The notes under the pieces were generated by a model. It was given only the letters and a program-made list of their open reading frames with translations, was not told the DNA's origin and made no database searches. Below, one piece after another: positions 18,053 through 29,597 of a DNA stretch of 64,000 nucleotides. Source of the DNA: a virus (lineage: Duplodnaviria > Caudoviricetes); IMG/VR virus record IMGVR_UViG_2974786931_000001, positions 103,774 through 167,773 of that record; one strand, written 5' to 3'. The position numbers and the translations under genes are program-made. The first letter of the stretch is position 1; each line of letters opens with the position of its first letter.

Positions 18053-18802
18053 ATGGCCAATATAGTCAGATGTAAATTACCCTCCGGAATTAGTCGTCTT
18101 AAGCCTTTTACAGTTCAAGACTATAGAGACATTTTGTTAATTAGGACAGAATTAGCCAGTAAAACTTCTGATGAGCAAACAGAACTTGTTAATGAAATGC
18201 TTGCAGATTATTTTTCTGAATATCCGGAATCATATCGTCCACACATATTTTTAAAAACGTTTAGTACCTCAATCGGTAAAACTAGACTCCCGGTTCAATG
18301 GTCTTGTGCCACATGCAATAAAGTAGCTAAGACATTATTGAATATTGGTATTGAAGAACTTAAAAATCCGGTAATAGAAACATGTGGTGTAAAAATTAAC
18401 TTTAAATTTCCTGAGATTTACGAACCAGACCCAGTGAAATTTATAAATGAGAATATCTATTCCATAGATGATGGAACTATTCATCTATGGACTGAACTAT
18501 CTGAAGATGATAAATTGGCTGTTATAGATGCTATCACTTTAGAAGCAATCGAACAACTACTTAAACAAATACATCCAATTTATATCGAAATAAAAATGAA
18601 TTGTTGTGAATCAAAAACAGTGACTTACACAAATATAAAAGATGTGTTTAACTTACTTTTAAATCCTGACGAAGTGTTTTCATTTTACCAGACAAATCAT
18701 GTGTTGACTAAGAGCCATTATGATTTAAATAGCGTTATGAAAATGATTCCTATAGAACGAACCATTGCTTTATCTCTTATTGAGAAGGATAATAAAAAAT
18801 GA
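18053..18802 (+). CDS. 51: Baseplate hub assembly protein gp51
   Basis: [12 protein letters not shown]...[26 protein letters not shown]. Confidence 0.92.
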   Translation: MANIVRCKLPSGISRLKPFTVQDYRDILLIRTELASKTSDEQTELVNEMLADYFSEYPESYRPHIFLKTFSTSIGKTRLPVQWSCATCNKVAKTLLNIGIEELKNPVIETCGVKINFKFPEIYEPDPVKFINENIYSIDDGTIHLWTELSEDDKLAVIDAITLEAIEQLLKQIHPIYIEIKMNCCESKTVTYTNIKDVFNLLLNPDEVFSFYQTNHVLTKSHYDLNSVMKMIPIERTIALSLIEKDNKK

Positions 18803-19938
18803 TGCAACGCGAAGGTTATCCTAATATAAGTGTGAAACTATATGAGGACTATGTTGCCTGGACTGAAAACAGATTTTTAGAATTAGCTGCAACATTTACT
18901 ACTCTTACTATGCGAGATGGATTATATGGAATTAACGAAGGCATCCTTCAATTTTATGATAACCAAAATCTGCATACTAAATTAACTGGTAATGAAATAA
19001 TTCAGATATCAGTGGCTAACTCAAATAGTAAACAATTTCAAACAAGAATTTATGGTAATAAGCATGGCGCAGTTGGTGTTGACTCTAAAGGCGATAATAT
19101 AATTGCAATCCAGCTAGACACTATCCATAATATAGAAAATTTAAAATTTGGACGTACTTTCTTTAATAGTGCTGGCGAAAGTATCACAGAAATGATCGGC
19201 GCGATTTATCAAGATAGATTATTAATAGCTCCACCTATAAACGATATAAACATTTATGTGCCTAAATTGCCATGGACTTCAACGATAACCAAATATCTTG
19301 ATTACGTTCGTGATGTTGGCCTAGCTATAGATTCTGATGAATTTGTTTTCGTATGGGAAGATATTAGTGGTATAAACATGATGGATTATTCTGGCATGCT
19401 TAACCAAGATATAACTCCGATGATTGTTGGCGAACCTAAACAAATAGGCCAATACGTAGGCGAGATGCCTGTTCCATTAGCATGGGACTTTGAATGGATG
19501 ACTAAAACTAATCAAAGCGTAGATAACCCAATTGCTAATGCTACGATATATGCCCATTCATTTTTAGATAACGACTTGACTAAAATAGTAAATGGCACAG
19601 GTCATAACTCTATATTGGTTTCTCGTTCAGGTGGTTATTCTGAAATGATTTATAGGAATGGATATGAAGAAGCCTTACGTATAGGCACAATGGCACAATA
19701 TGATGCCTATGCCAAATGTAAAATTATGGGTAATTTTGAAATTCGTCCTGGGATGAAAATACAATTCAAAGATACTAAAAATCAGTTCACCACATATTTT
19801 TATGTTGATGAAGTCATCCACGAATTATCCAATAATGCTGCCGTAACTAATTTGTATATGTTCACTAATAGCAAAATACTTAATCCTGTAGAACCTATTA
19901 AGGTAAAAAATGAACTTAAAACTAGTACTACCAATTAA
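18799..19938 (+). CDS. 27: Baseplate hub subunit gp27
   Basis: [37 protein letters not shown]. Confidence 0.95.
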   Translation: MMQREGYPNISVKLYEDYVAWTENRFLELAATFTTLTMRDGLYGINEGILQFYDNQNLHTKLTGNEIIQISVANSNSKQFQTRIYGNKHGAVGVDSKGDNIIAIQLDTIHNIENLKFGRTFFNSAGESITEMIGAIYQDRLLIAPPINDINIYVPKLPWTSTITKYLDYVRDVGLAIDSDEFVFVWEDISGINMMDYSGMLNQDITPMIVGEPKQIGQYVGEMPVPLAWDFEWMTKTNQSVDNPIANATIYAHSFLDNDLTKIVNGTGHNSILVSRSGGYSEMIYRNGYEEALRIGTMAQYDAYAKCKIMGNFEIRPGMKIQFKDTKNQFTTYFYVDEVIHELSNNAAVTNLYMFTNSKILNPVEPIKVKNELKTSTTN

Positions 19939-20434
19939 AAAAATACAGGTCAATGATAAAACTATTTCTGTGCCTAAATTTGGTGTAAAACAACACAATA
20001 TTCTTAATTCAGTAAAAGCTGCTGAATCTCATTTAAGAGATTTACTTCAAAGCATTAGTCCAGGTTTAACAGCTCCTGAAGGTGAATTAGTATTATTGCA
20101 TGTTCTCCAATTTAATGGACGATTAAAAGACAAAGAAATTGAAGGCCACACATATTCTGTAGATGATGTCGTTATTAGACAAATATTGACCCATCAATTC
20201 CAAGGTAATGTATTTAAATTTAAATCACCACAACCGTTCGAGACATTTGCATCTATTGACCAAATGTTATCTGAATTATTGGTATCCGTTAATGACGAAA
20301 AGGTTGATGTTGATTTTATGAAAATGCCAGCATTTGTTTCTAAATGGGCCGACCAAATAACATATGGCATAGCTTTAGATACTCACCGTGGAACTATAAA
20401 AGGATTAACAAATATTTTAGGATTATTTGAATGA
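19910..20434 (+). CDS. 28: Baseplate hub distal subunit gp28
   Basis: [22 protein letters not shown]; synteny. Confidence 0.9.
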   Translation: MNLKLVLPIKKIQVNDKTISVPKFGVKQHNILNSVKAAESHLRDLLQSISPGLTAPEGELVLLHVLQFNGRLKDKEIEGHTYSVDDVVIRQILTHQFQGNVFKFKSPQPFETFASIDQMLSELLVSVNDEKVDVDFMKMPAFVSKWADQITYGIALDTHRGTIKGLTNILGLFE

Positions 20435-22188
20435 AACAACCTAGCCAACAAAATAGTTTCCGTCGTAAGGTAATAGAAGATAGTAAACCAGAACGTGATG
20501 CGGCTTCGGCCGCTAATTCACAAAGTATGACTTTAGATAGCATTGATTCTAAATTATCTGATGTCCAAGCCGCCTCTGAACTTACCAGTGAAGTCGTAGA
20601 GACGAAAACGGATCAGTTAATAGATACAATTGGGCACCTTGAAGGAAGTGTTCAGGATGTCCAGGCAGCTTCAGAATTAGCTGTTGATGCGATAGGAGAT
20701 AGTAATAGCTACTTAAAAAGTATTGATACGGTTTCACAAGCTATTAATGCTAAATTAGCACAACTAACATCTATGTTAGAAGCCAAATTTGGCGATCAAC
20801 TAGCTCCATTAAATGCTCCTAACCCTGTGTCTGGCGCATTACCTGAACCAGTTCCAGTAGTTTTGCCTGAAGATTTTATAGGTCCAATGCTACCGTCTGT
20901 TCCTGATACAGACCCTAATGAAGAAGTTCTTCCTGAACCTCCACGTAGAGAACCTGAATCAGAACCTGAGGAAGATAAAAAATCAAGTTCTGATGGCGAT
21001 GAAAAAAATACATTAGCTGAAAAATTAGACTTATTAATTAAAACCACACAATCAGGCTTTAAAACAGCGGTTGGATATTCTGATAAAATTTCTAATATGC
21101 TATTTAAATTCACAATATCCGCGATAGCACAAGCTGCTAAAACGGCTGCAATGATATTAGGTATTATATTAGCAATAGATGTTATTAAAGCTAACTTTAC
21201 CTTTTGGGCCGAAAAGTTCAGTTCTAATTTTACTGAATTCGCCGAACGAGCTAAAGAATGGGGACCTTTAATAGAATCAGTTGTTGGCATGATTAGAAAT
21301 ATAAGCGATGCATGGAATAGTGACGATCCGTTTGGTATCATTAAAGCTATTGCTTTTGGCTTAAGTGATATCACTAAACAACTTGCCGATTTGTTAGGGC
21401 TTGCAGTAGCTAAATTGACCGCAGGAATTCTCAGAGCTTTAGGATTTAATGATAAAGCCGATGCACTTGAAGGTAGTTATTTAAAAGGTTATCAAGATAG
21501 AACTGGTGCTGTTATGAGCGAAGGACATCAGAAGTTTCAGAAGTTAATAGCTAAAGCTGATAACCAAAAGATTAAAGACGAGCATGATACAACAGCATAT
21601 GATCAATTTAAAGGCATGGACCAAAGAGGATACGATCAAGCCTATAAAAATGGTTCTATGAGCAAAGATACATATGAAGCATTATCTAAAGGTGAAGCTA
21701 AAGCTAGTGACCCATTACAAGGCTTAAGTGAAGAAGAACGTCTTAATGTAATCGTCAAACGAAATGAAGCTCAGGCAGCTATTAATCGTACTAAAGATTA
21801 TGCTACTAAAATTGGCCCTAATAACGAAAGAGAAGTTAATTCGTTAAACAAAGCTTTAGCGGATATTAAATCTAGATTAGATGACCCTGAAATTTCTAAA
21901 ATTCCAGAATCTAAATCGGATTTAACTCGTCAATTTGATGAATTAAATAATAAGACATCAGCTAATAAATTAAAACCTGCGCCTATTGCAGAAAATCAAG
22001 AGGTTCAAACAACTAAGCGCGTAGCCGAATTACAAAAACAGAATGACACGCAATCTGTTAATAAAGGTGCTACACAAAACACAGTTGTCCAAGCTAATAC
22101 GACCAATACCAGTCGTACAATGTACAATATGCCTCCAACAACTAATATTCCTGCGCCAGGTATGAGAGCAGCATTAGGAACAAATTAA
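20431..22188 (+). CDS. 29: Baseplate hub / tail length determinator gp29
   Basis: DVQAASEL repeats, DKISNMLFKFTIS, central hydrophobic segment; synteny. Confidence 0.92.
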   Translation: MKQPSQQNSFRRKVIEDSKPERDAASAANSQSMTLDSIDSKLSDVQAASELTSEVVETKTDQLIDTIGHLEGSVQDVQAASELAVDAIGDSNSYLKSIDTVSQAINAKLAQLTSMLEAKFGDQLAPLNAPNPVSGALPEPVPVVLPEDFIGPMLPSVPDTDPNEEVLPEPPRREPESEPEEDKKSSSDGDEKNTLAEKLDLLIKTTQSGFKTAVGYSDKISNMLFKFTISAIAQAAKTAAMILGIILAIDVIKANFTFWAEKFSSNFTEFAERAKEWGPLIESVVGMIRNISDAWNSDDPFGIIKAIAFGLSDITKQLADLLGLAVAKLTAGILRALGFNDKADALEGSYLKGYQDRTGAVMSEGHQKFQKLIAKADNQKIKDEHDTTAYDQFKGMDQRGYDQAYKNGSMSKDTYEALSKGEAKASDPLQGLSEEERLNVIVKRNEAQAAINRTKDYATKIGPNNEREVNSLNKALADIKSRLDDPEISKIPESKSDLTRQFDELNNKTSANKLKPAPIAENQEVQTTKRVAELQKQNDTQSVNKGATQNTVVQANTTNTSRTMYNMPPTTNIPAPGMRAALGTN

Positions 22189-22197
22189 GGAATACCA

Positions 22198-23244
22198 ATG
22201 AGCATAAGAGCTACAGAAATAACGGAATCCGCAATTAAATCTGCTGGTATTTCTACTTCTGCGGGTCAAGTAACTCAAAGCACGTCAATCAAAACCATAC
22301 AGGCTCAGTTCCCAGCAGAACGAGCCTCTGGTAATGATAGTACTCTTGATTTACAGATTACAGATCTTTATAAAAATGGGCTGTTATTTACAGCCTATGA
22401 TTTTACTAGTAGAACATCACCAGATTTAAGACAGAATAGAGCAGATATTCAAATAGCAGCACAGAAGAAACCTTCATCTATTTTTACTGGGACTAAAACA
22501 GTTCAACAAACGCCAGTTGCAAATATATTGCTTCCAAGGTCTAAATCAGATGTTGATAATACATCTCATAAGTTTAATGATGTAGGTGAATCACTTGTAA
22601 CACGTGGTGGTGGCAATGCAACAGGTATATTAAGCAATATGGCTTCAACTGCTGTGTTCGGCGCATTAGAATCATTAACACAAGGTTATATGTCTGACCA
22701 TGGAGAACAAATTTATAACACTGCCCGTAGTATGTATGGCGGTGCTGATAATAGACAAAAAGTATTTACCTGGGATTTAACACCTCGTAATGTCCAAGAC
22801 TTGGTTCAAATAATCAAAATCTATGAAACATTTAACTATTATTCTTATGGCCAAACAGGAACATCTAGTTTTGCTAAAGGATTAAAAGGTGATTTAGATA
22901 CTTGGTATAAAAATACATTTTTGAAGAACATGACTCCGGATGGTGCTAATTTAGATAATACAATGTTTGAACAAATTACATCATTTTTAACTAACGTTAT
23001 AGTTGTAAGTAACCCGACAGTATGGTATGTAAGAAACTTTGGCGCAACAAGTTCTTTTGACGGACGTGCTGACGTATTTGGACCATGTCAAATAGCTAGT
23101 ATTAGATTTGATAAATCTCCTAACGGACATTTTAATGGTTTAGCTATTGCTCCTAATTTACCATCAACATTTGTATTAGAAATTACATTCCGAGAAATCC
23201 TTACGCTTAACCGTAATTCATTATATGCTGGAGGTTTAGGTTAA
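22198..23244 (+). CDS. 48: Baseplate tail-tube cap gp48
   Basis: AQFPAERASGND, LYKNGLLFTAYD, VFTWDLTPR, FGPCQI. Confidence 0.95.
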   Translation: MSIRATEITESAIKSAGISTSAGQVTQSTSIKTIQAQFPAERASGNDSTLDLQITDLYKNGLLFTAYDFTSRTSPDLRQNRADIQIAAQKKPSSIFTGTKTVQQTPVANILLPRSKSDVDNTSHKFNDVGESLVTRGGGNATGILSNMASTAVFGALESLTQGYMSDHGEQIYNTARSMYGGADNRQKVFTWDLTPRNVQDLVQIIKIYETFNYYSYGQTGTSSFAKGLKGDLDTWYKNTFLKNMTPDGANLDNTMFEQITSFLTNVIVVSNPTVWYVRNFGATSSFDGRADVFGPCQIASIRFDKSPNGHFNGLAIAPNLPSTFVLEITFREILTLNRNSLYAGGLG

Positions 23245-24182
23245 TGTACACATTAGATGAATTTAATAGTCAAGCGATTAATATAGACTTCCAACGTACA
23301 AACTTATTCAGTGTAGTCTTCGCCACAACTCCAAGTAATAAAACTAGCCAAATACTTGATCAGTTTGGTGGATATCTTTATAATAGTTTGCCATTAGATA
23401 ATGACTGGTTAGGAATAACTAGAGGCGAAGTAAACCAAGGCGTAACTGCACTAATCACAGCGGGAACACAACAGTTAGTTCGTAAATCAGGCGTATCGAA
23501 ATATTTGATAGGAGCAATGAGCAATCGTGTTGTTCAAAGCTTATTAGGTGAATTTGAAGTAGGGACATATCTATTAGATTTCTTTAATATGGCATTCCCA
23601 ACTGCCGGCTTAATGGTTAATTCTGTTAAGATGCCTGATAATACATTGCAGCATGAAATGGACCCTAATCATAATGCTCCTAACATTAAAATTACTGGCC
23701 GCGATTATGCTCCTCTTATTTTAACATTTAGAATGGATTCTGACGCAAGTAACTTTAGAGCAATGCAGGATTGGGTGAACTCTGTACAAGACCCAGTTAC
23801 AGGTCTTCGTTCATTACCGGAAGATGTTGAAGCAGATATTCAAGTTAACCTGCATAAAAGAAATGGCTTGCCACATACAGTTTCTATGTTTACTGGATGT
23901 ATTCCTGTTTCAGTGGCTTCCCCAGAATTAGCATATGAGAATGATAATACAATAGCAACATTTGATGTTACCTTTGCATATAGAGCTATGCAAATAGGTG
24001 CAGTAGGAACACAAGCTGCATTGGATTGGTTGGAAGAAAAAGCTATATTCAATATTGACAAGATTAATCCAGGTCAATCACTGAATTCATCTTTGGCACA
24101 ACTAAGTAGATTAGGTGGCGCCAGGACTGGTTTAGGTGGTGTTATTGGATTAGCTAGTGGTTCAAGTTCTAGATTGTTATAA
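23244..24182 (+). CDS. 54: Baseplate tail-tube initiator gp54
   Basis: MYTLDEFNSQAINIDFQRTNLFSVVFATTP, MQDWVNSVQDPVTGLR. Confidence 0.95.
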   Translation: MYTLDEFNSQAINIDFQRTNLFSVVFATTPSNKTSQILDQFGGYLYNSLPLDNDWLGITRGEVNQGVTALITAGTQQLVRKSGVSKYLIGAMSNRVVQSLLGEFEVGTYLLDFFNMAFPTAGLMVNSVKMPDNTLQHEMDPNHNAPNIKITGRDYAPLILTFRMDSDASNFRAMQDWVNSVQDPVTGLRSLPEDVEADIQVNLHKRNGLPHTVSMFTGCIPVSVASPELAYENDNTIATFDVTFAYRAMQIGAVGTQAALDWLEEKAIFNIDKINPGQSLNSSLAQLSRLGGARTGLGGVIGLASGSSSRLL

Positions 24183-24188
24183 ACCCCG

Positions 24189-24214
24189 AAAGGAGCCTTG
24201 CGGCTCCTTTTTTT
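24189..24214. terminator. Terminator after gene 54
   Basis: AAAGGAGCC-ttgc-GGCTCCTTTTTTT. Confidence 0.9.
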
Positions 24215-24217
24215 GTT

Positions 24218-24490
24218 TTAGTGACCTACAAAAGCAAGGTCTTGATGAATAATATTATTTTTATCATCATGCCAAAATACATTTACAGCTAACATACCAT
24301 TAGCTCGGCCAATAAAAATATTATTAATTTCAACTTCAGTTTTTGGTTTAAATTGTTCAACTAAATCTAATGAAACTAATGCCGCTGGAAAATATTCTTT
24401 CATTACAATTTCTAAAAGAGTATTAAACTCTGCATCGACAATACGAGTTTCTGTTTTCCACTCTTGACACTTAAAACGTAAAATAGCCAT
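24218..24490 (-). CDS. Alt.-3-like hypothetical protein
   Basis: MAILRFKCQE...; SD GAGGAG before ATG 24490; position downstream of alt. Confidence 0.65.
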   Translation of the reverse strand: MAILRFKCQEWKTETRIVDAEFNTLLEIVMKEYFPAALVSLDLVEQFKPKTEVEINNIFIGRANGMLAVNVFWHDDKNNIIHQDLAFVGH

Positions 24491-24543
24491 GTTGTTCTCC
24501 TCAATAATGTAAGAATATATTAACACATCCTTGTGTTAAAGCA

Positions 24544-26664
24544 TTATCTAAACTTAGGTGGGACATCTTCTAAATCCATGGCTGAGGCTAAAAGCTGCAT
24601 AATTTCCTTACCAGGACGCTTTTTAGACATGGACATAAACGAATTAAAATCAATTGTCGCTTCATCTTCTTCCCCAGAATAAACCACTAGTTCACCGGTT
24701 TCAAATATCATGTCGCCATCATACACAATAGAACTTTCACTTAGCTGTTCAGTAGTCAATATTTCGGCTTGAACCATTTTAGTATTCGTGCGTGTATCTT
24801 GGCCCATTCCAGTAATAGTTTTTCTAGTATTATATGATGCATCCGTGATAGATGTGATTTCAACAATAGTACCACGTGGTAAAATTACTTCCATTTCATT
24901 TGCATGAATAGATAGTTTGCCTGGATAAACTATATTAATTTTATCAGCACCAGTAATTGCCCAACCTATATAAATTCTAGTATAACCTGCTACTCTAGAA
25001 GCGCTCGCATCAACATATTCATCAGTTGAATCAAGACCAGGAACTTGAACATTAATATCTTTACGAATATCTTCATCAGCTAATGCAACAGCCACGTTAG
25101 ACTTCCAACCGCCAAAGATAATAGGATATAAAGATGTCGATACATAGTTTCTGAAATAGAATTTACGGTTAGTTTTCAATGCATCAAAAATAGGACCACG
25201 CATCGTTTGCGAACGATAAAGCGTATAATCTTTAGGTAATTTTTCGCCATTAATGAATGCTGAATCTAAATTTTTAATAGCTTTTATCACATCATCTTCG
25301 CCTAAAGTATCGGCTTCTTCTGGCTTATATCGTCCTAACAAATAACCATTGATATCAGTATACCCAGAACCAACATATTCTTTAATAGCTCGTTTTTCAG
25401 GTAAAGAATATTCAGGAGAATAATCTATTGTAAAATCACGTAAGTCATTAGAGATATGCGCAGAATACGATTTAATCATATTTTGTATTTGGCTTGCTCT
25501 ATAGATTATCCACTCTTTATCAACATTGGCTTGTTTTTGTTCAGCTGATAAACCAACTGTTTGAGCTAACATAGCATTTTCACGCCATTTAGATTCACTA
25601 GCTAGTATAGCATCATTAGCTATTTTCGTTGCTAATTTTAAGGCTTCAACCGAAGTGGTCGAATTATCTTTAATACCTGCAGAGAATTTAAGAGCAATAT
25701 CTTCACTCATCATAACACGTTCAGGGGTACTTAGAGTATAACCACTGAATAAGTCTAAGTTGTTTGTAATAGTATGCCCAAATTGTTTTGCAACTTTATT
25801 TTTCTGATAACTTGAATTAGTAATAGCTTCAAATGCAGCAACATCTTTAATAAGTTCGCCTGTAGCAGGTTTACTTAATTCAGCCGCAGAAGCGTCAAGT
25901 TCTTCCCAATCCTTTAATACAAAACTATCTGTTTCAAGAGATTGACTTTGTGCTAATGCACGACGGTTAATTTTAGTACGAGTAATAGCAGTCCGATCAC
26001 TACGTTTCTTTTCGATTGCATCAATAGAACCAGCAATAGCTTCATCTTTAGTAACTTGAACACCAGATTCTTTAGATACATACACATCACCTATACTAGA
26101 TTCTACCTTAGTATATAACTCAGCATTGATGCCAGGAATGCCAGCGATGTCTTCTAGGGGTCTAGATTTACGATAAATAAGAATATATGCATGTTTACCT
26201 GTAAAGTGATAGAGAGCATCCAGGACTTTAAAACGACCACCAGTACGAGCCATTACTAGACGATTCATAATGCGTTGAAGAATACGTTCTTGGCCTTTCA
26301 TTTTCTTAGCTGGGAATCTAAAAAGAACTGCATCCATTTTTAGTTTTTTAACATCGGCATAAACTGTATCGAAAATAGTATTCAATGCACCTATCGGATC
26401 AGAACCTAATCCACCCTTCAATTCGGCAGGAGTTCCTTTTTCAGATAATGACATCAAGATAACATGAGCGTATTTGTCGCCTTGTTTTACTTTCTTAATA
26501 GCATCGCCTTCAGATGTGTACGAAACCATACGGGCAACTAAATTTTCATTACCAGGAACTTTAACAGCCCAAATCTGGGGTACTTTATCTTTTGGGTTTA
26601 AGTTGACGACTGGATAATTCTTTTCAGAATCCGAGTCGAAAACCTCTGTAAATAATTGTGTCAT
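24544..26664 (-). CDS. alt: Alt RNA polymerase ADP-ribosyltransferase (virion-packaged)
   Basis: VVNLNPKDKVPQIW N-terminus; ART motifs LYRSQ, YVSTSL, EMEVILPRG; ILTTEQLSES processing region. Confidence 0.95.
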   Translation of the reverse strand: MTQLFTEVFDSDSEKNYPVVNLNPKDKVPQIWAVKVPGNENLVARMVSYTSEGDAIKKVKQGDKYAHVILMSLSEKGTPAELKGGLGSDPIGALNTIFDTVYADVKKLKMDAVLFRFPAKKMKGQERILQRIMNRLVMARTGGRFKVLDALYHFTGKHAYILIYRKSRPLEDIAGIPGINAELYTKVESSIGDVYVSKESGVQVTKDEAIAGSIDAIEKKRSDRTAITRTKINRRALAQSQSLETDSFVLKDWEELDASAAELSKPATGELIKDVAAFEAITNSSYQKNKVAKQFGHTITNNLDLFSGYTLSTPERVMMSEDIALKFSAGIKDNSTTSVEALKLATKIANDAILASESKWRENAMLAQTVGLSAEQKQANVDKEWIIYRASQIQNMIKSYSAHISNDLRDFTIDYSPEYSLPEKRAIKEYVGSGYTDINGYLLGRYKPEEADTLGEDDVIKAIKNLDSAFINGEKLPKDYTLYRSQTMRGPIFDALKTNRKFYFRNYVSTSLYPIIFGGWKSNVAVALADEDIRKDINVQVPGLDSTDEYVDASASRVAGYTRIYIGWAITGADKINIVYPGKLSIHANEMEVILPRGTIVEITSITDASYNTRKTITGMGQDTRTNTKMVQAEILTTEQLSESSIVYDGDMIFETGELVVYSGEEDEATIDFNSFMSMSKKRPGKEIMQLLASAMDLEDVPPKFR

Positions 26665-26695
26665 ATTACAACCTTATTTGGAGTGATTATAAACG

Positions 26696-26703
26696 TATTT
26701 ATA
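26696..26703 (-). promoter_or_regulatory. Late promoter for alt
   Basis: TATAAATA on minus strand. Confidence 0.85.
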
Positions 26704-26707
26704 CCCG

Positions 26708-26726
26708 AAAGGGCCCGAAGGCCCTT
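26708..26726 (-). terminator. UUCG terminator after alt.1
   Basis: AAGGGCC-ttcg-GGCCCTTT. Confidence 0.8.
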
Positions 26727-26910
26727 ACCACAATGGCATTAAAGTACGAAAAATTTCAAAATTAGGACCTTTTTCGTGATAGTCGAAACCTCTATTAAAA
26801 CTTTCCCATTCAGCCCACCCATCAAAATCAAGTATTGTTTGTGAACAAGATGTAGAAACGTTTCCATCTTGTTTATTTGCTATGACAATTGTTTCTAAAT
26901 AAGCTCTCAT
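26725..26910 (-). CDS. alt.1: Alt.1 conserved hypothetical protein
   Basis: MRAYLETIVIA...EKGPNFEIFRTL resembles T4 Alt.1. Confidence 0.85.
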   Translation of the reverse strand: MRAYLETIVIANKQDGNVSTSCSQTILDFDGWAEWESFNRGFDYHEKGPNFEIFRTLMPLW

Positions 26911-28406
26911 TTTATACCAGTCATTTCGGTAAAGTCGCCGCCAAATACTTCACTAAATGTATCAGCTCGTGTTTTATCAAAACGCCATCCTTTGATAACA
27001 ATTAAGAACAAGCCAACAGTATCAGTACGAGACTTAGATAGATCCCAACCTGTACATTGGCAATCAGCAATACGTGAGATTAATTTATCACCTAAAGACA
27101 TAAGCATTTCACGGTCTAAATCACCACGCTTTTCAAATGGAATATAAACCCATTCTTTAGTTTCACTGTCACGAACATGAGTTGTATCAGTGAAACCAGA
27201 ACCAACGTTACAAGTAATACGACCACATGATGAACGTAGATTGACACCACCTAATTTAGTAGGGTCTTTAGAATGCTGATAATAACCAGTCACTTCCATT
27301 GCGATATCAATTACTTCTTTAAACTTAATAAGGTTCTTAGAACGCTTATTTTCCCAATAGGAATCACGGTTCTTAAGAATAATACCTTCTAAATCAGCTG
27401 CTATATATTTCTGATAAATTATACGAGCTTCTTTAATATTAGATACTTGATGGTTTTCAATAGGAATAATCTTATCAAATCCAACAGCATTAGTTTCAAT
27501 CCAAGCGATACGAACGTCATACTTCATTCGAGATTTAGCTTCACCATAAATTTCTTCGAGTGGAACCATGTCCCAGATTTCGAATTTCATACCATCTGCT
27601 TCATCTGGTGTAATAGTTTTTTGTTGGCATTTATTAGCCAAACCATTAGACGTATTACGAGAAGCTACAGATTCAATTTCTTTAGATACTTCTTCTTCCC
27701 CAAATAAAAAATCTAATTCAGATTTAACTTTAGTCACTTCACGATAAACTAATTCGCCGTCAATCATTACACCTTCTGGATGTAATACACGAATCTCTTT
27801 AGTCATTTCAATTAATTGAAGAGCTAATTTATCTAAGCAAAAATATTCATTACCGGCACGAGAGAACATAGAAACATCATCAATACTATCACCGCGAATC
27901 TCAGCAAAACAACGAGCACCATCAGCCTTTAATTGGGCGAAAGCCGGGAATTTGATATGTTTCAAAGCTTTCTCAGAATAAGGCGAAGCTAACATCTGAG
28001 GTTGCAATGGGATAATATCTTTCCATGTTTTATTAGCTAATGTAGTACCTGCACCACAATCGAGATCACGCATTATTACACGTCGTAATACTTCTTCTTC
28101 ACCTGGATCTTTAAATTTAATGTCAGAAATTAACATAGCCACTCGTCGAATAGCTTCATGCCCGGTGTATTTACGAGTGGCCAATTCAAATTCAAACATA
28201 TCTAAGCCTTCGCTTAGAGTACGAGAACCATGACATTCAATAGCTTCAGGCCATTTCTTAATGCCATAATTCAACCGTTTAGAATAAGCCATACGGAAAA
28301 CGCGTTTTAGTAGTTCGTTATCCTTTTCACGTTCAAGAATAGCTTTTTTACCGTTAGTGGATTCAGTTCTAGCTAATTCGTCTAAAATATCAATAATTCG
28401 TGTCAT
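26907..28406 (-). CDS. 30: ATP-dependent DNA ligase gp30
   Basis: AQLKADGARC, IDGEL, LEGIILKN, KFKEVID, VGSGF. Confidence 0.97.
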   Translation of the reverse strand: MTRIIDILDELARTESTNGKKAILEREKDNELLKRVFRMAYSKRLNYGIKKWPEAIECHGSRTLSEGLDMFEFELATRKYTGHEAIRRVAMLISDIKFKDPGEEEVLRRVIMRDLDCGAGTTLANKTWKDIIPLQPQMLASPYSEKALKHIKFPAFAQLKADGARCFAEIRGDSIDDVSMFSRAGNEYFCLDKLALQLIEMTKEIRVLHPEGVMIDGELVYREVTKVKSELDFLFGEEEVSKEIESVASRNTSNGLANKCQQKTITPDEADGMKFEIWDMVPLEEIYGEAKSRMKYDVRIAWIETNAVGFDKIIPIENHQVSNIKEARIIYQKYIAADLEGIILKNRDSYWENKRSKNLIKFKEVIDIAMEVTGYYQHSKDPTKLGGVNLRSSCGRITCNVGSGFTDTTHVRDSETKEWVYIPFEKRGDLDREMLMSLGDKLISRIADCQCTGWDLSKSRTDTVGLFLIVIKGWRFDKTRADTFSEVFGGDFTEMTGIK

Positions 28407-28459
28407 AATATACCTTTGATTTGGATGTAGTTTATTATATTATATCTATCTAAGAGCAA

Positions 28460-29398
28460 TTACAAAAACCGATTAGTGTATTCTTCTACTAAATTCTTAC
28501 GATTAGTATGATAAATCCAGCCGCGGCCATTAGGACGTTTAATTACACAAATTATTTTGTTGTTAATAGCTTCTCTGAATTCTTTTTGTTGCTCTTGTAA
28601 TGAACGAATTATACCAAAAGCTTTAATAAATTCAGAATATTTAAAAGATTTGATTGTCACTGGGGTAAATTTATCATCTTTATACACATATGTAATTACA
28701 GAAATAGGAACATTAAGCATACTATTTTTAATGATTTCTAAAGACGGCGGTAATTGACCTAGTTGTTCTACCTTATTAATAGCTTTTGCTGATGGCAATG
28801 CACGATAGATATTTTCCCAAGTATTAACTTCGTAGAAGTTGCCTTCAGGAGTAATGTCATGAGAGCCACGTGGCATCCAGAAATGTTTAATTTCTGATTT
28901 CCAACTAATTCGCTGGGATGTATTAATATGAGATGGCATATCATCAATAAAGCATACAACACGTTCGCCATACTTATTATTGACTTGACTTAAAATATTA
29001 AATTTAGATTCGCCATGCGAACAAAGGAAAATATCTTTGAATGCACCCGGGAATAAAGCATTTAAATTGAATTGACGATTCAGGCGAGCATCTAAATTAT
29101 TACTTAAGGCTGTTACAGCTACGAAATCAAATTTGTCTTTAAGCATATTAACATATTTGATAGCATCATGATAACCAGCTAAATAACGAATAAAGTCGCT
29201 TGTGTTATATTTTTCCATTAAACTATTAGCTAGTTCTTCATCGCAACTGAAGATTTCAGAAGGTGATTTGAATTTATCAGAAACAATCAAATCAAGAATA
29301 GCATCGATAGGCAAATTATATTTCTGTGCAAAGTAAGGAAGGCCACTTTGCCATTTAACAAGAATGCCATCCACATCAGTTACAATAATAGGTTTCAT
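28460..29398 (-). CDS. 30.2: 30.2 HAD-superfamily protein
   Basis: IVTDVDGILVKWQSGLPYFAQKY, RQFNLNALFPGAF, FIDD. Confidence 0.9.
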   Translation of the reverse strand: MKPIIVTDVDGILVKWQSGLPYFAQKYNLPIDAILDLIVSDKFKSPSEIFSCDEELANSLMEKYNTSDFIRYLAGYHDAIKYVNMLKDKFDFVAVTALSNNLDARLNRQFNLNALFPGAFKDIFLCSHGESKFNILSQVNNKYGERVVCFIDDMPSHINTSQRISWKSEIKHFWMPRGSHDITPEGNFYEVNTWENIYRALPSAKAINKVEQLGQLPPSLEIIKNSMLNVPISVITYVYKDDKFTPVTIKSFKYSEFIKAFGIIRSLQEQQKEFREAINNKIICVIKRPNGRGWIYHTNRKNLVEEYTNRFL

Positions 29399-29583
29399 TT
29401 AGTTTCTCGCTTTTTAGCCAATGAAATAACAGAATTTACATTAGCTTCATCACCATGTAATTCAACTGATGACCATAACGTATTGCTATTAGAAATAAAT
29501 GCACATACGTTAAAAGCTTCTAAATCACCTTTCAAAACGTCATTAACTAGACGATTAGGCATACCTACAATTTTAACTACCAT
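29395..29583 (-). CDS. Hypothetical protein
   Basis: 62 aa, SD GAGG, overlaps next start (ATGA). Confidence 0.65.
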   Translation of the reverse strand: MVVKIVGMPNRLVNDVLKGDLEAFNVCAFISNSNTLWSSVELHGDEANVNSVISLAKKRETK

Positions 29584-29597
29584 AATATTTTCCTCAA

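Noticed and set aside
17395-21374. Long antisense ORFs 17395-17997 and 20796-21374
   Set aside because: They fully overlap gp26 and gp29 on the opposite strand, with Ser/Ile-rich composition typical of non-coding antisense frames.
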